Virus record (IMG/VR): IMGVR_UViG_3300028591_000076
Span: 96,001 to 160,000 of that record
DNA length: 64,000 bases
From: a virus
Taxonomy: Duplodnaviria > Caudoviricetes
Reading direction: 5' to 3' (one strand)
Under the pieces are notes generated by a model that worked only from the letters and a program-made list of their open reading frames with translations, was not told the origin of the DNA and ran no database searches. Shown one piece after another: positions 10,149 to 20,100 of the stretch. The stretch's first letter is position 1. Each line of letters opens with the position of its first letter. The translations under genes were made by a program, and so were the position numbers.

Positions 10149-10828
10149 AAAATTATTGGGTGGAAAAATTGAAAATCTCAAAAAAGATAATAGTAGTACT
10201 TGTATTACTATTTATTATTTTAATTGTTGGTGCTATTTTTGCAACTAGATATTTTACATTAAAGGAAGTTGGCTTGGTTAGTAATAATTACTTAAGCGTA
10301 ATTGAGCAGCCAAAGCATATAGAAAATTTTAATAATCCTTTTAAGTCATTTCTAGATGATGAAAAAGCAGAATTTATTATTATAAACTGTAAAAATTTCA
10401 GGGTAAATCCTATTACAGTTGTAAGTATTCTTGAAAAAGAAAATCCTACATTAAATTGTAAAGCTACATCGGAACCTAATGAAAATGGTACAAGAGATTT
10501 AGGCTTATTTCAGCTTAATGATAAGTCTCTTTTTGAGAAAGGTGGCTTTATTGATATGTGGTGGCCAAAAGATTTTGGTGAGTTTAATCCTGATAACTGG
10601 AGACATAGTACATATTTAGCTATAAAATATATACAGGATTTACAGAAAACTTTTGGTGAAGATAATATTTATTATATAGCAGCGGCATATAATGCTGGAA
10701 CTACTAGAGCTTATAATGAATGGCTACAAGTAGAAAATGCAGAAAAACTACCTTATAAGACAAAAATGGATTATGCGCCTTCTGTGAATAATAATTTTAA
10801 TAAATGGAAAAATATTACAAACTCATGA
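10121..10828 (+). CDS. Lytic transglycosylase (SLT/GH23-like) with N-terminal TM anchor
   Basis: ILEKEN (catalytic Glu region), NENGTRDLGLFQLN, AAAYNAG; true start possibly TTG at ~10169. Confidence 0.85.
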   Translation: MEKWSTRNLKNYWVEKLKISKKIIVVLVLLFIILIVGAIFATRYFTLKEVGLVSNNYLSVIEQPKHIENFNNPFKSFLDDEKAEFIIINCKNFRVNPITVVSILEKENPTLNCKATSEPNENGTRDLGLFQLNDKSLFEKGGFIDMWWPKDFGEFNPDNWRHSTYLAIKYIQDLQKTFGEDNIYYIAAAYNAGTTRAYNEWLQVENAEKLPYKTKMDYAPSVNNNFNKWKNITNS

Positions 10829-11001
10829 TGGGATATAAAGAAATCTTAAAAAAATATAAAGAGTTCAAACGCAGAAAATATAATGATTCAGAAATTACAA
10901 CTACTGAAAAAGAACTTTTATTAGAAAAATATCGTAAGTATGAAGAAGCGTTTAATAATAAAAATATGGATGTTATTATACAAGAATATTTTGATAGTTA
11001 G
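10804..11001 (+). CDS. Small hypothetical protein
   Basis: Short ORF packed into the operon. Confidence 0.45.
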   Translation: MEKYYKLMMGYKEILKKYKEFKRRKYNDSEITTTEKELLLEKYRKYEEAFNNKNMDVIIQEYFDS

Positions 11002-11012
11002 AGGAAAATAAA

Positions 11013-11315
11013 ATGAGTAATGTTCTTATTTTTACTGAAGATGATAAAATAGAAAGAGCTTTTGTAGATGCTTCAATGGAATTCTTTAAAAATGATAGTG
11101 GCCAAATTGTAATAAAAATAAATAATATTTATTTCCCTACTAATATGGATCAATTATATGTAGATATGAAGGCTTATAATGACAAAATATCATGTAATCC
11201 ATTTTGCTTAAGAAGAACTTCAAATGTTGAAAGACTTTATGAATTATATGATTCCTATTTTCTCGAAAATGATATTGTATGTACCGATGATTTTGTTCCT
11301 CAAAATGATTATTAA
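11013..11315 (+). CDS. Hypothetical protein
   Basis: SD GAGG; operon position. Confidence 0.55.
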   Translation: MSNVLIFTEDDKIERAFVDASMEFFKNDSGQIVIKINNIYFPTNMDQLYVDMKAYNDKISCNPFCLRRTSNVERLYELYDSYFLENDIVCTDDFVPQNDY

Positions 11316-11393
11316 ATTTGAAAGCAATATTGTATTTGTGTAAGTTAATATAATTTAGGATTTTAATTTTTAAGAATTTGAAAGAGGATAATA

Positions 11394-12875
11394 ATGGTAA
11401 ATACAAGCTATGATACTGTAATAGTGGGTGCAGGACCAGCTGGTCTTTATACTGCTTATGGGCTAATAAATAAAAATCCTAAACTTAAAATTTTAATTAT
11501 TGAAAAAGGTAAATCTATAGGTAAAAGAAAATGCCCATCTATCGAAAAAGGTATAAAATGTATAAATTGTAAAGTATGTTCAATTATGTCAGGCCTAGGT
11601 GGAGCTGGCTCATTTTCAGATGGCAAATTTCCAATTACAAATGACTTTGGTGGTAGTCTTTGGGAAAAAATTGGAAAAGAAAAATCATTAGAGCTCCAAA
11701 AAAAAGTAGATAGTATAAATAGACTGTTCTATTATGAAAATATTGGTTGTAAAAATGAACATAATATTAGTTGGCTAGAATATAATAAGCCAGAACAGTC
11801 TTTTCCAAAGTTATATTCTTCTAAAAATTCTTCATATAAAAAAATTTGTACTCAGCATAATTTGCATTTACTTAACGCTGAAATTAGACATCTTGGTACT
11901 GATATCGGTCAAGTTATCTATGGTAAGCTTTATGATTTTCTTGTAGAAAATGGAGTTCAGTTTAAATTTGAAACGGATGTTAGTACAATTAAACAAGTAG
12001 AAGAAACTATAAACGTAGACTCTATTAGTGATAGAAAATATCATTGGGAAGTACGTTGCTCAAATAATAAAGTTTTTGAAGCGAATACAGTTGTTGTTGC
12101 CGCGGGTCGTTCAGGAAGTGAATGGGTAGAGCAGCTTTGTCAAAACTTAAATATTCCAACAAAATCTAATAAAGTAGATATTGGTATTAGATTTGAGTGT
12201 CCAGATGAAATATGGAGTCATATTACTAAAGATTTATATGAGTCTAAAATTGTTTATAAAACAAAGCTCTATGAAGATGAAGTAAGAACTTTCTGTATGA
12301 ATCCATCTGGCGAAGTTGTTACTGAAAATACAAATGGCCTTATCACCGTAAATGGTCATGCTTTTGAAGATAAAAATAAAAAAACAAATAACACAAATTT
12401 TGCTTTATTAGTAAGTAGAACATTTACAGAGCCATTTAAAGATAGCACAAAATATGGAAATGCAATTGTAGCTCTTTCTAATATGCTTGGTGGTGGGGTT
12501 ATTGTTCAACGTTATGGTGACTTAATTAGAGGTAAGCGCTCTACAAAGGAGCGTATGAAGCATAACACAGTAATTCCTACCTTAAATGCTGAGCCTGGAA
12601 ATTTAGGTGATGTTTTACCTAAAAGAACATTGGATGATATTCTTGAGATGATTGAAAAATTAGATCATCTTGTTCCAGGCATGACAAATGATGATAATTT
12701 GCTTTACGGCGTTGAAGTAAAGCGCTATAATATGACTGTTGATGTAAATGAAAATCTTGAAGCAAAAAATTATAAAAATTTATATTTTATAGGTGATGGA
12801 TCCGGCTGGACGCATTCATTAAGTCAGTCATCAGCTTCAGGATTATATATTGCAGAAAAAATTTTAGATAAATAA
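11394..12875 (+). CDS. NAD(P)/FAD-dependent oxidoreductase (COG2509-like)
   Basis: GAGPAG Rossmann motif, GGAGSFSDGK, RHLGTD, RTFCMNP, VNGH, NFAL, YGVEVK, IGDGSG; N-terminal Cys cluster. Confidence 0.9.
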   Translation: MVNTSYDTVIVGAGPAGLYTAYGLINKNPKLKILIIEKGKSIGKRKCPSIEKGIKCINCKVCSIMSGLGGAGSFSDGKFPITNDFGGSLWEKIGKEKSLELQKKVDSINRLFYYENIGCKNEHNISWLEYNKPEQSFPKLYSSKNSSYKKICTQHNLHLLNAEIRHLGTDIGQVIYGKLYDFLVENGVQFKFETDVSTIKQVEETINVDSISDRKYHWEVRCSNNKVFEANTVVVAAGRSGSEWVEQLCQNLNIPTKSNKVDIGIRFECPDEIWSHITKDLYESKIVYKTKLYEDEVRTFCMNPSGEVVTENTNGLITVNGHAFEDKNKKTNNTNFALLVSRTFTEPFKDSTKYGNAIVALSNMLGGGVIVQRYGDLIRGKRSTKERMKHNTVIPTLNAEPGNLGDVLPKRTLDDILEMIEKLDHLVPGMTNDDNLLYGVEVKRYNMTVDVNENLEAKNYKNLYFIGDGSGWTHSLSQSSASGLYIAEKILDK

Positions 12876-12879
12876 TTAA

Positions 12880-12906
12880 AAAGCTCAAGGGTAAACCTTG
12901 AGCTTT
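12880..12906. terminator. Bidirectional intrinsic terminator
   Basis: AAAGCTCAAGG-GTAAA-CCTTGAGCTTT between convergent genes. Confidence 0.85.
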
Positions 12907-12911
12907 ATTTT

Positions 12912-15900
12912 TTATAGGATTTTATTTACTATTTCTGACTTATATGTTCGAGTAATTTCTTGAACATTAGAATAATTATAGTCTACTGTCGTATCAAAAT
13001 AAGTAGTTATTGAGGCAGGTGATCTTAAGCTAACATCTAATCTATTTGGCATTATTATACTACTAGCATTTGCTATATTACTCATAGTAAATTTATAGCT
13101 ACTATCAATATATTTACCGCTTTGTTTATTACTACTATTATCAATAGATGCATTAAGCTGAAAATCAACAGCATCTTTAATTTTTTTATAGTCCGATAAA
13201 TTGTCTGTTATACTTACTAGACCATAATTATAATTATTAGCTATATAATTTAAGGTGAGACTACCCTTAGTGCCAGAAGTATTATAGATTACGCTACTTA
13301 TATTTATAGATCTAGGCTCTTCACTAATACTTTCAGAAAATTCTGTAATACAGTATTTATTTATAATATTGCCATTATAGTTAACTGTAGCTTCTTGGCT
13401 TAATGCGCTTGTGACATTAGCTACTTGAGATGTAGTAGACAAATCAAGTGTGATAATATTATTAGCGCTCGTTAAAATGAGATTATTACTTGAAATTGAT
13501 GGTGTATATGTGGCAGTAGCCCAAGTTGGAGATCCATTAACTACAGTTCTCTTTTGTATTTGTATACTACCAGTTGATATGAAAGTAAGATTACTATCCA
13601 CGTAAAACGAGATTGTTCTAGAATTATTACTATTTACTCTATATATCTCATCATCACTAATTTTTATTTGTTGACCTTGTGTTGGTAATGTTACCGTTAT
13701 CGTATTTATGTAATAATTTTTTAATGAATTAGCTGGTTTACCTAAAATCAATGAATTTACAGAAGCACTATTAGTTAGCTCTATTATATCATTATATGCA
13801 GTTCTAGGAACTAATTCACCATTAACAGTAGATGTTCTATCTGTTAGTTTTGTTCCATCATTTGTATAGAATACGTCTTTCTTATTTTCTAATTCTATGA
13901 TATTTTTACCATTAGAGAGCACATTTGATATATTTTCTATTACTCTTTGCTTATAAGTAATAAATGCTGATTTTCCAGATTTATTATAAATAATAGGTGT
14001 AATTTGGATAGTATGTTCTTTACCATCAAAATTATCAATAACATAAGTAAAAGTATTATCGCTTTTTTCTATAATAGAAATATCACCATTAGTAATAGCT
14101 ACTTTATCAGCATTAGCGGATATCTTAATGGCTAAGTCCTTATTAGATAATTCTGCGCCATTACTTGCAAATTCTACATTAGTAAGAGTAGCATCATCCT
14201 GATTATCATAAACTTGATAGCTCTGTATCCAGCTAATTGATACCCTATTAGTATTATTGTCAATATTAGTAATTGTTCCAATATAAGGCTTACCTAATAT
14301 TTGATTATCACCAAAAGTTTTCTCTGGTATAATAATAACTGTCTGATGGTTATTATCTACTTGGAAAGATCCAAATACTTCAGCTATAAGATTTGTATCT
14401 TTAGTACCCAAATTAGAAGATATACTAGCATTTGGATTTGTTGTTGATAAATAGAAACCAGTTGCGCCATCTTTTAAGTTATTAGCCAAAAGAGCAACTC
14501 TTAATGTATTATCTGTATATGTTATATTTATATTATTTAAATCTAAACTTGGCTCATTTCTTTTAAATATAGCCTTTAAGTATAAATCATCAGAGCTAGT
14601 CTCATTAGACCATAAGTCTCTAGTAATCGATGTAATATAATCGAGGCTATATGTACTATTTTTACCAAACTTATATTTATATCCAATAAATCTATATGCA
14701 TCAAAATCTGGATTTAATAAATCTACTGGTATATCAGTAAGCTTATTATTAGCCTCATAATATTGAGACCTTAATACATTAGAAATGCCAAAGTTATTTT
14801 CATCATAATTTTCAGATTCAATATGTATTATTGGTAATTTATAAGTATAAGTACGTCTAATTCTAGTATCACAAGTAAATAAATGTGTATCAATGCTTTC
14901 ATCTGAAATAATATCATCAGCATTTGCTGACTCGATTTGCCAATTAGATGTTTTAATAGATGCATGATTTGTTATACTAGGTACTTTACTAGCACCAAGA
15001 TATGAATTATATGGAATATCAACAGAGTAAATATTTGGCTCAAATATATTTTGTCCGCCCACAGTCCAACTACCAGCATTATTTAAGTCGAATGTAATTT
15101 TAATTAACTTCTTTCTATAAGTAAACTTAATAGTATCATTGCCACTAATAGTTACTGTTTTACCAGAGCTATTACAAGAATATCCATTTGTTGGGTATTC
15201 ATCATTAAATAGAGGATATACTGTTATAGCTTGGCCAAATTTACAAGAAATAGTTGACTCAGTAGCAGAACCAATCTCATTAAGAGATGTTCTGTATAAA
15301 GTATTATATGTTATACTAGAATTAGAGCTATTTTCTGTTGACTCGTATTCATCTACAATTTTTACATTACAGATATTTCTATGTATATATATTCTAACAA
15401 TACTAGAGCCATCACCTTTTATAATTGCATTTTCAATTCTAGATAAAGAAAATCCTTCTGGTACTTGATAATTTTCTGGAAAAAGTGCATTACTAAAATT
15501 TGTTTTATCCCCAGTTTTACCATGAGCAGTTTCAGACTTAATAAGTCTATAAGAGCAAGTATCATTATTAGCATCAGTAAATATACCAGTAGACTCAGGA
15601 GTTTCTTCCCAAGTTTGAAGTTCAAATGAAGTTGTATTAGACTCAGACCAAATAGCCTTTAATGTTATATCATGGTCTATTGTATCCGCAGGCGTAAATG
15701 TATTTCCTGATATTGTACCATCTGTAGCTTGGCTTAATGACCAGCCTTCAAAATTATAACCAGCTTTAGAAGGCTGTCCTAACTTAATAGGCTCGTTAGC
15801 TTTTAATATGAATTTATCATTATTGGCTATAATACCACCCTGTAAGTCATAGTCTAAATGAAAATCAGCTTTTTCCCATTCGGCTACAAGAGAAACGGGA

Positions 15901-17153
15901 CTATTCATATTTGCAAAATCTTCTGGATTTATAATAAATTGATGAACTAAGCTACCAATAGTCCAACCATTAAATTTATAGCCATTTCTTCTTGGAATAG
16001 GTAATGTAAATGTTGTGCCATACTTGTAAGTATTTATTGTATCATCTGAGCCATCTAAATTACCACCATTAAGATTATAATTTAATTTATATACATTAGG
16101 CTCAAAATGAGGCCTAAGATAAATATGTCTATCTATATTTTCATTTGATGCTTCAAAAATCTGGTCATATACATTATTTAAGTTTTGGTCGCTCTTACAA
16201 GTTATTACCTGGCCAAACTTATCTGTTGTAGTCCAATAATCAAGTGTATGGCCTGCTTTAGTAGGTAAAATAATATTAGTATCATCTACAGAAGCTTCTA
16301 ATAGTGTAGTATTTTTATTATATTCTATAGATGGACTAAATATTGACTCATTACTTGCATTATAACAAGTTACTTCATAATTATTACGAATCCAATTTGC
16401 TACACATAATGTATCATAATTTGTTCCAACTGGAATCATTGAATCAACAGAAATATTTTCATTTAACTGTTGAGAATGTAAATCATCTGTAATCTTATAT
16501 ATTTTCCATCCATTAAATGTATAGCCTAGTTTAACTGGCTGTGGAGCAACATATGCGATAGAGTTTACAAAACTTGTTCTACCCTCATTACCACTATTCC
16601 AAGAACCACCATCTAGGTCATATCTAATAGCGAATACTTGAACATTGCTTACTTTATTCTGAACTTGTTTTCCAAATTCTTTTAAGTTTGTAATAAGAGC
16701 CTTTTTTGTAACTAGTGAGTCCAAATCGTCTTTATCACGATGTTCCTTTATATATTCCTCTGGGCTTAATTTTCCCATATAATTTACAATATAGAGCCTG
16801 CTAGTTGTATCGTTTATTTCTGGGGTTAAAATAAGTTTAATAAAGCAGTCTCTTACTTTAGTTTCTATATTTTCATTAGCCTCTAAAGTAGTTTTAAGAG
16901 TAAACTTAACTGTTATATCATATTTATGATTTGTTTCTTTAACATTAGACGTTGGCTTAAAAATAAACTTAGTATTTGTGCCCTCACCAGCTTTTTCGCA
17001 ACTTGCAATACCATTGTTGCTTATATATACGCAGCTTATTTCATTAAATGTTTCATTTTCTGGTATATTAAAAATGTCATTTAATGGAACATCAAATGTT
17101 GTTCTACCAGCCACATAATTATCTAGAGTGATTTTCTTTATATTGTTAGCCAT
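12912..17153 (-). CDS. Large virion/surface protein with InlB B-repeat (Listeria-Bacteroides) domains
   Basis: Repeated YxLxGG...PxKxGYxFxGW units (PVKLGYTFNGW, PTKAGHTLDYW, PRRNGYKFNGW, PSKAGYNFEGW); last gene of a tail operon. Confidence 0.7.
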   Translation of the reverse strand: MANNIKKITLDNYVAGRTTFDVPLNDIFNIPENETFNEISCVYISNNGIASCEKAGEGTNTKFIFKPTSNVKETNHKYDITVKFTLKTTLEANENIETKVRDCFIKLILTPEINDTTSRLYIVNYMGKLSPEEYIKEHRDKDDLDSLVTKKALITNLKEFGKQVQNKVSNVQVFAIRYDLDGGSWNSGNEGRTSFVNSIAYVAPQPVKLGYTFNGWKIYKITDDLHSQQLNENISVDSMIPVGTNYDTLCVANWIRNNYEVTCYNASNESIFSPSIEYNKNTTLLEASVDDTNIILPTKAGHTLDYWTTTDKFGQVITCKSDQNLNNVYDQIFEASNENIDRHIYLRPHFEPNVYKLNYNLNGGNLDGSDDTINTYKYGTTFTLPIPRRNGYKFNGWTIGSLVHQFIINPEDFANMNSPVSLVAEWEKADFHLDYDLQGGIIANNDKFILKANEPIKLGQPSKAGYNFEGWSLSQATDGTISGNTFTPADTIDHDITLKAIWSESNTTSFELQTWEETPESTGIFTDANNDTCSYRLIKSETAHGKTGDKTNFSNALFPENYQVPEGFSLSRIENAIIKGDGSSIVRIYIHRNICNVKIVDEYESTENSSNSSITYNTLYRTSLNEIGSATESTISCKFGQAITVYPLFNDEYPTNGYSCNSSGKTVTISGNDTIKFTYRKKLIKITFDLNNAGSWTVGGQNIFEPNIYSVDIPYNSYLGASKVPSITNHASIKTSNWQIESANADDIISDESIDTHLFTCDTRIRRTYTYKLPIIHIESENYDENNFGISNVLRSQYYEANNKLTDIPVDLLNPDFDAYRFIGYKYKFGKNSTYSLDYITSITRDLWSNETSSDDLYLKAIFKRNEPSLDLNNINITYTDNTLRVALLANNLKDGATGFYLSTTNPNASISSNLGTKDTNLIAEVFGSFQVDNNHQTVIIIPEKTFGDNQILGKPYIGTITNIDNNTNRVSISWIQSYQVYDNQDDATLTNVEFASNGAELSNKDLAIKISANADKVAITNGDISIIEKSDNTFTYVIDNFDGKEHTIQITPIIYNKSGKSAFITYKQRVIENISNVLSNGKNIIELENKKDVFYTNDGTKLTDRTSTVNGELVPRTAYNDIIELTNSASVNSLILGKPANSLKNYYINTITVTLPTQGQQIKISDDEIYRVNSNNSRTISFYVDSNLTFISTGSIQIQKRTVVNGSPTWATATYTPSISSNNLILTSANNIITLDLSTTSQVANVTSALSQEATVNYNGNIINKYCITEFSESISEEPRSINISSVIYNTSGTKGSLTLNYIANNYNYGLVSITDNLSDYKKIKDAVDFQLNASIDNSSNKQSGKYIDSSYKFTMSNIANASSIIMPNRLDVSLRSPASITTYFDTTVDYNYSNVQEITRTYKSEIVNKIL

Positions 17154-17159
17154 TTATTT

Positions 17160-20100
17160 TTATTCCTCAATCCACTGAATGTCAATTCTTCCAAAGTCTA
17201 CATCAGATGTTGTATCATCATCTTCATTATCTGACTCACCATCGCCACTTGCTGTGGCTCTATTTTGTAAGCCTAATAAACTTCCAGTTATATCTTCAAG
17301 AGCATTAAGTCTGTCATAAATTGACATTTCTCTAGGAAGATTTAACTGTTCAAAATTATTATAATTTAATGATTTTTCTTCACCATCAATTGTAACTTTA
17401 GATGTTTTATATCCATGATAATTAGTCTCAGTTCCGAGCTCTCTACTAATATCTTTAATTGCATTATCCAAATTGAATATAAGAGTAAGAAGATTTATAT
17501 CCTGATTTGGAGTACCAGAATGGCCATATGGAGATTTAGCAGAAGCTTCATTATCTGTATAAAGGTTGCCGTTTCTTGTAGCATTTGCTGAGAACTTATG
17601 TCCAGCTAATTCGCCTTCACCAGTGATTAAGAACTTTCCGCCATATTTTGTTTCTGATGCAACAGAGTCAGAAATCTTATCATTTGTTCTTTCGTCTATA
17701 ATTTTATCTAGACCAAGTAAACTTCTTAAGTGTCTAATTTCATCTTCGAGTACTTCAAAGCGAGACTTTCTATATGCGTTCTCATTACCAAGGAAATCAT
17801 TAAATAATGTATTACGGTTATTATAACCAATAGCATGACCAGTTCTACCCTCATTTTTTGTATTTTCATGAGACTGGTTTTCATAGTCATAATTATATCG
17901 GCCACTATCAATATCATAGTAAATATGATTTTTACCATTACCAGTTGCATAATTAACATTGATAGAGTCATTAACTGTTTCTTTACTCTGCTCAACTGTT
18001 TCATCAGATAAAGCTTTATCGCCATAATTTACTGGCTGTGGCACATAATACATTTCATGTACTATATCGTCAATAATATTTCTTGTATCACCATTACCTG
18101 AGAATCTAGTATTTGCATTATCATTTACTTCAGAAGTAGTTTTTGATAATGTATATTCCGCGGTAGTATCAGAAGTACCATCATTATAGTTAACTACTAT
18201 TACGTTTCCTTTTATTTCAGCAACTGTACCAAATACTACTTTTAATGCGTCTTCGGTATATACTTTATCACCTACTTTTGGACTTAAAGTAGTATAGAGC
18301 TTTTTAGTTAACTTGGACTCATTAGTCCACTCTTTTGAACCTAAATATCCAGCTGTACTTATATTAGAACGGTGTTGGTAATTTGTTTGAATTGTACCCG
18401 CAGAGTTTTCGCTACTACCAGCTATACCAGAGTCAGTACCATAAATTGTGAGTAACAAGTCTTTAACATCATCTGTTAAAGTATAATTCTTTCTTATGTT
18501 ATCAAAATTCTGAGTACCATCTGCATTTATACGTAATTCATCATAATTATCTAATGCATTATCAGTAGCATAATCTTTACCAAGTATCTTTCTTACTGCG
18601 TCATCGTAGTGTTCTGTTTCTCTTAATCTCTTAAGAAGCTGCTTTATTACATAGTTTGCATTAACAATAGGATTTGCAGTATCTAAGTAATAGTTATTAT
18701 TAGGTATCTGTTTATATGTAATAATATCTGGCGCAAGGCTAGAAGCATCTTCTACTAACTCATATTCACCAGTATCAGCATTTCTGATATATACATTTTC
18801 TGTATCATTAGATGTGTTTACAATATATGTTACAGGTAAACTGTCATCATAGCCAGCAGCAAGTTCAGCGCTTCTTTGTACATCCCAAGCATTATTATCT
18901 TTACCAAATACTGATAAGCCTAACCATTTATTGAGAACAAATATAAACTCTTCAATAGAATAAGTTTTATTTTTCTTATTAGGATTTTGTGCATCATCAC
19001 TGTAGTCCGTAGATATAGTATCATCATTTAGAGACTTATTAGTATCTGTTTCAAATGCTGATTTTTGGCAGAGCTTTCTTACCACATTATCGAGTTCAGA
19101 CTCAATTTTTTCAAGACGAGTAGTAATAGTTCTTGTATCACGTAATGTCTGCTCAGATAATACTGTGTCTGTATTATCATATATCTGTCTAAAATATGCG
19201 GGACCAATAGCGTCAATAAGAACATCAATAATACTTGCGTAATTATATTCTTCTATTGAGTCTGGTACATTTATTTGTACACTTACATTTTTATTTTGGA
19301 TAGCAGAACCATTAACATTATTAACAAGAGTATCCTCACTTGTTATCTCGCCTGTTCTATCATATTCTGTTTTACCTTCTTCATGAATTGGCTTACCAAT
19401 ACCACTAATAAGAAGATTTTTGCCATTAAACTTACGTCCAAGAAGAACTTGATTTACATCACCTTCTCTATACTGAATTGGACTATCTACTTTAGATGTT
19501 TTTCCGTCTTCAGTAATATTTTCACCATTTAATGTATAATTATGCTCATCATGTCTTGTAGTTAAGATATAATTATATAAATCACGAGAAAGTTGGTCAA
19601 ATCTAGAAAGTCCAGTATATGTAGATTTCTGTTCATATGGCTTAGAAGACTGCTCTACGCCTTCTGCTATATCTAAATCTTTATATCTTTCAGACTCTAT
19701 TTCATTTTGTGTAGTTGCAACACCATTTTCTACATTAGTTGTTGGCTCGCCATCAAAATAAGCTTCTCTAATAAGAGTTCCTATATTAGCTCTTATTGTA
19801 TTAAGACGTCTTGGGGTAGAGTCAATATTATCTGTGCCATTTACTGTATATGTAAGAGCATTTACTTTTGTGCAGATACGAGCTAATGCATCAATTAAAC
19901 CATTAAATTCATATCTTTCATTTTCAGGTACAAGGTTATTTTCTGTATTAGACTTAAATGTATCACCATCTTTTTCGAAAGTCTGATTTTTCTCTAAGTC
20001 TACTTTTGACCAGTTACTATGAAGGTCAGCAGTTTCTTCTTCAGCGTCTTTCTTTGCTCTACCAGTAATTGGGTCATATATTGTAGGATCAATATTATTT

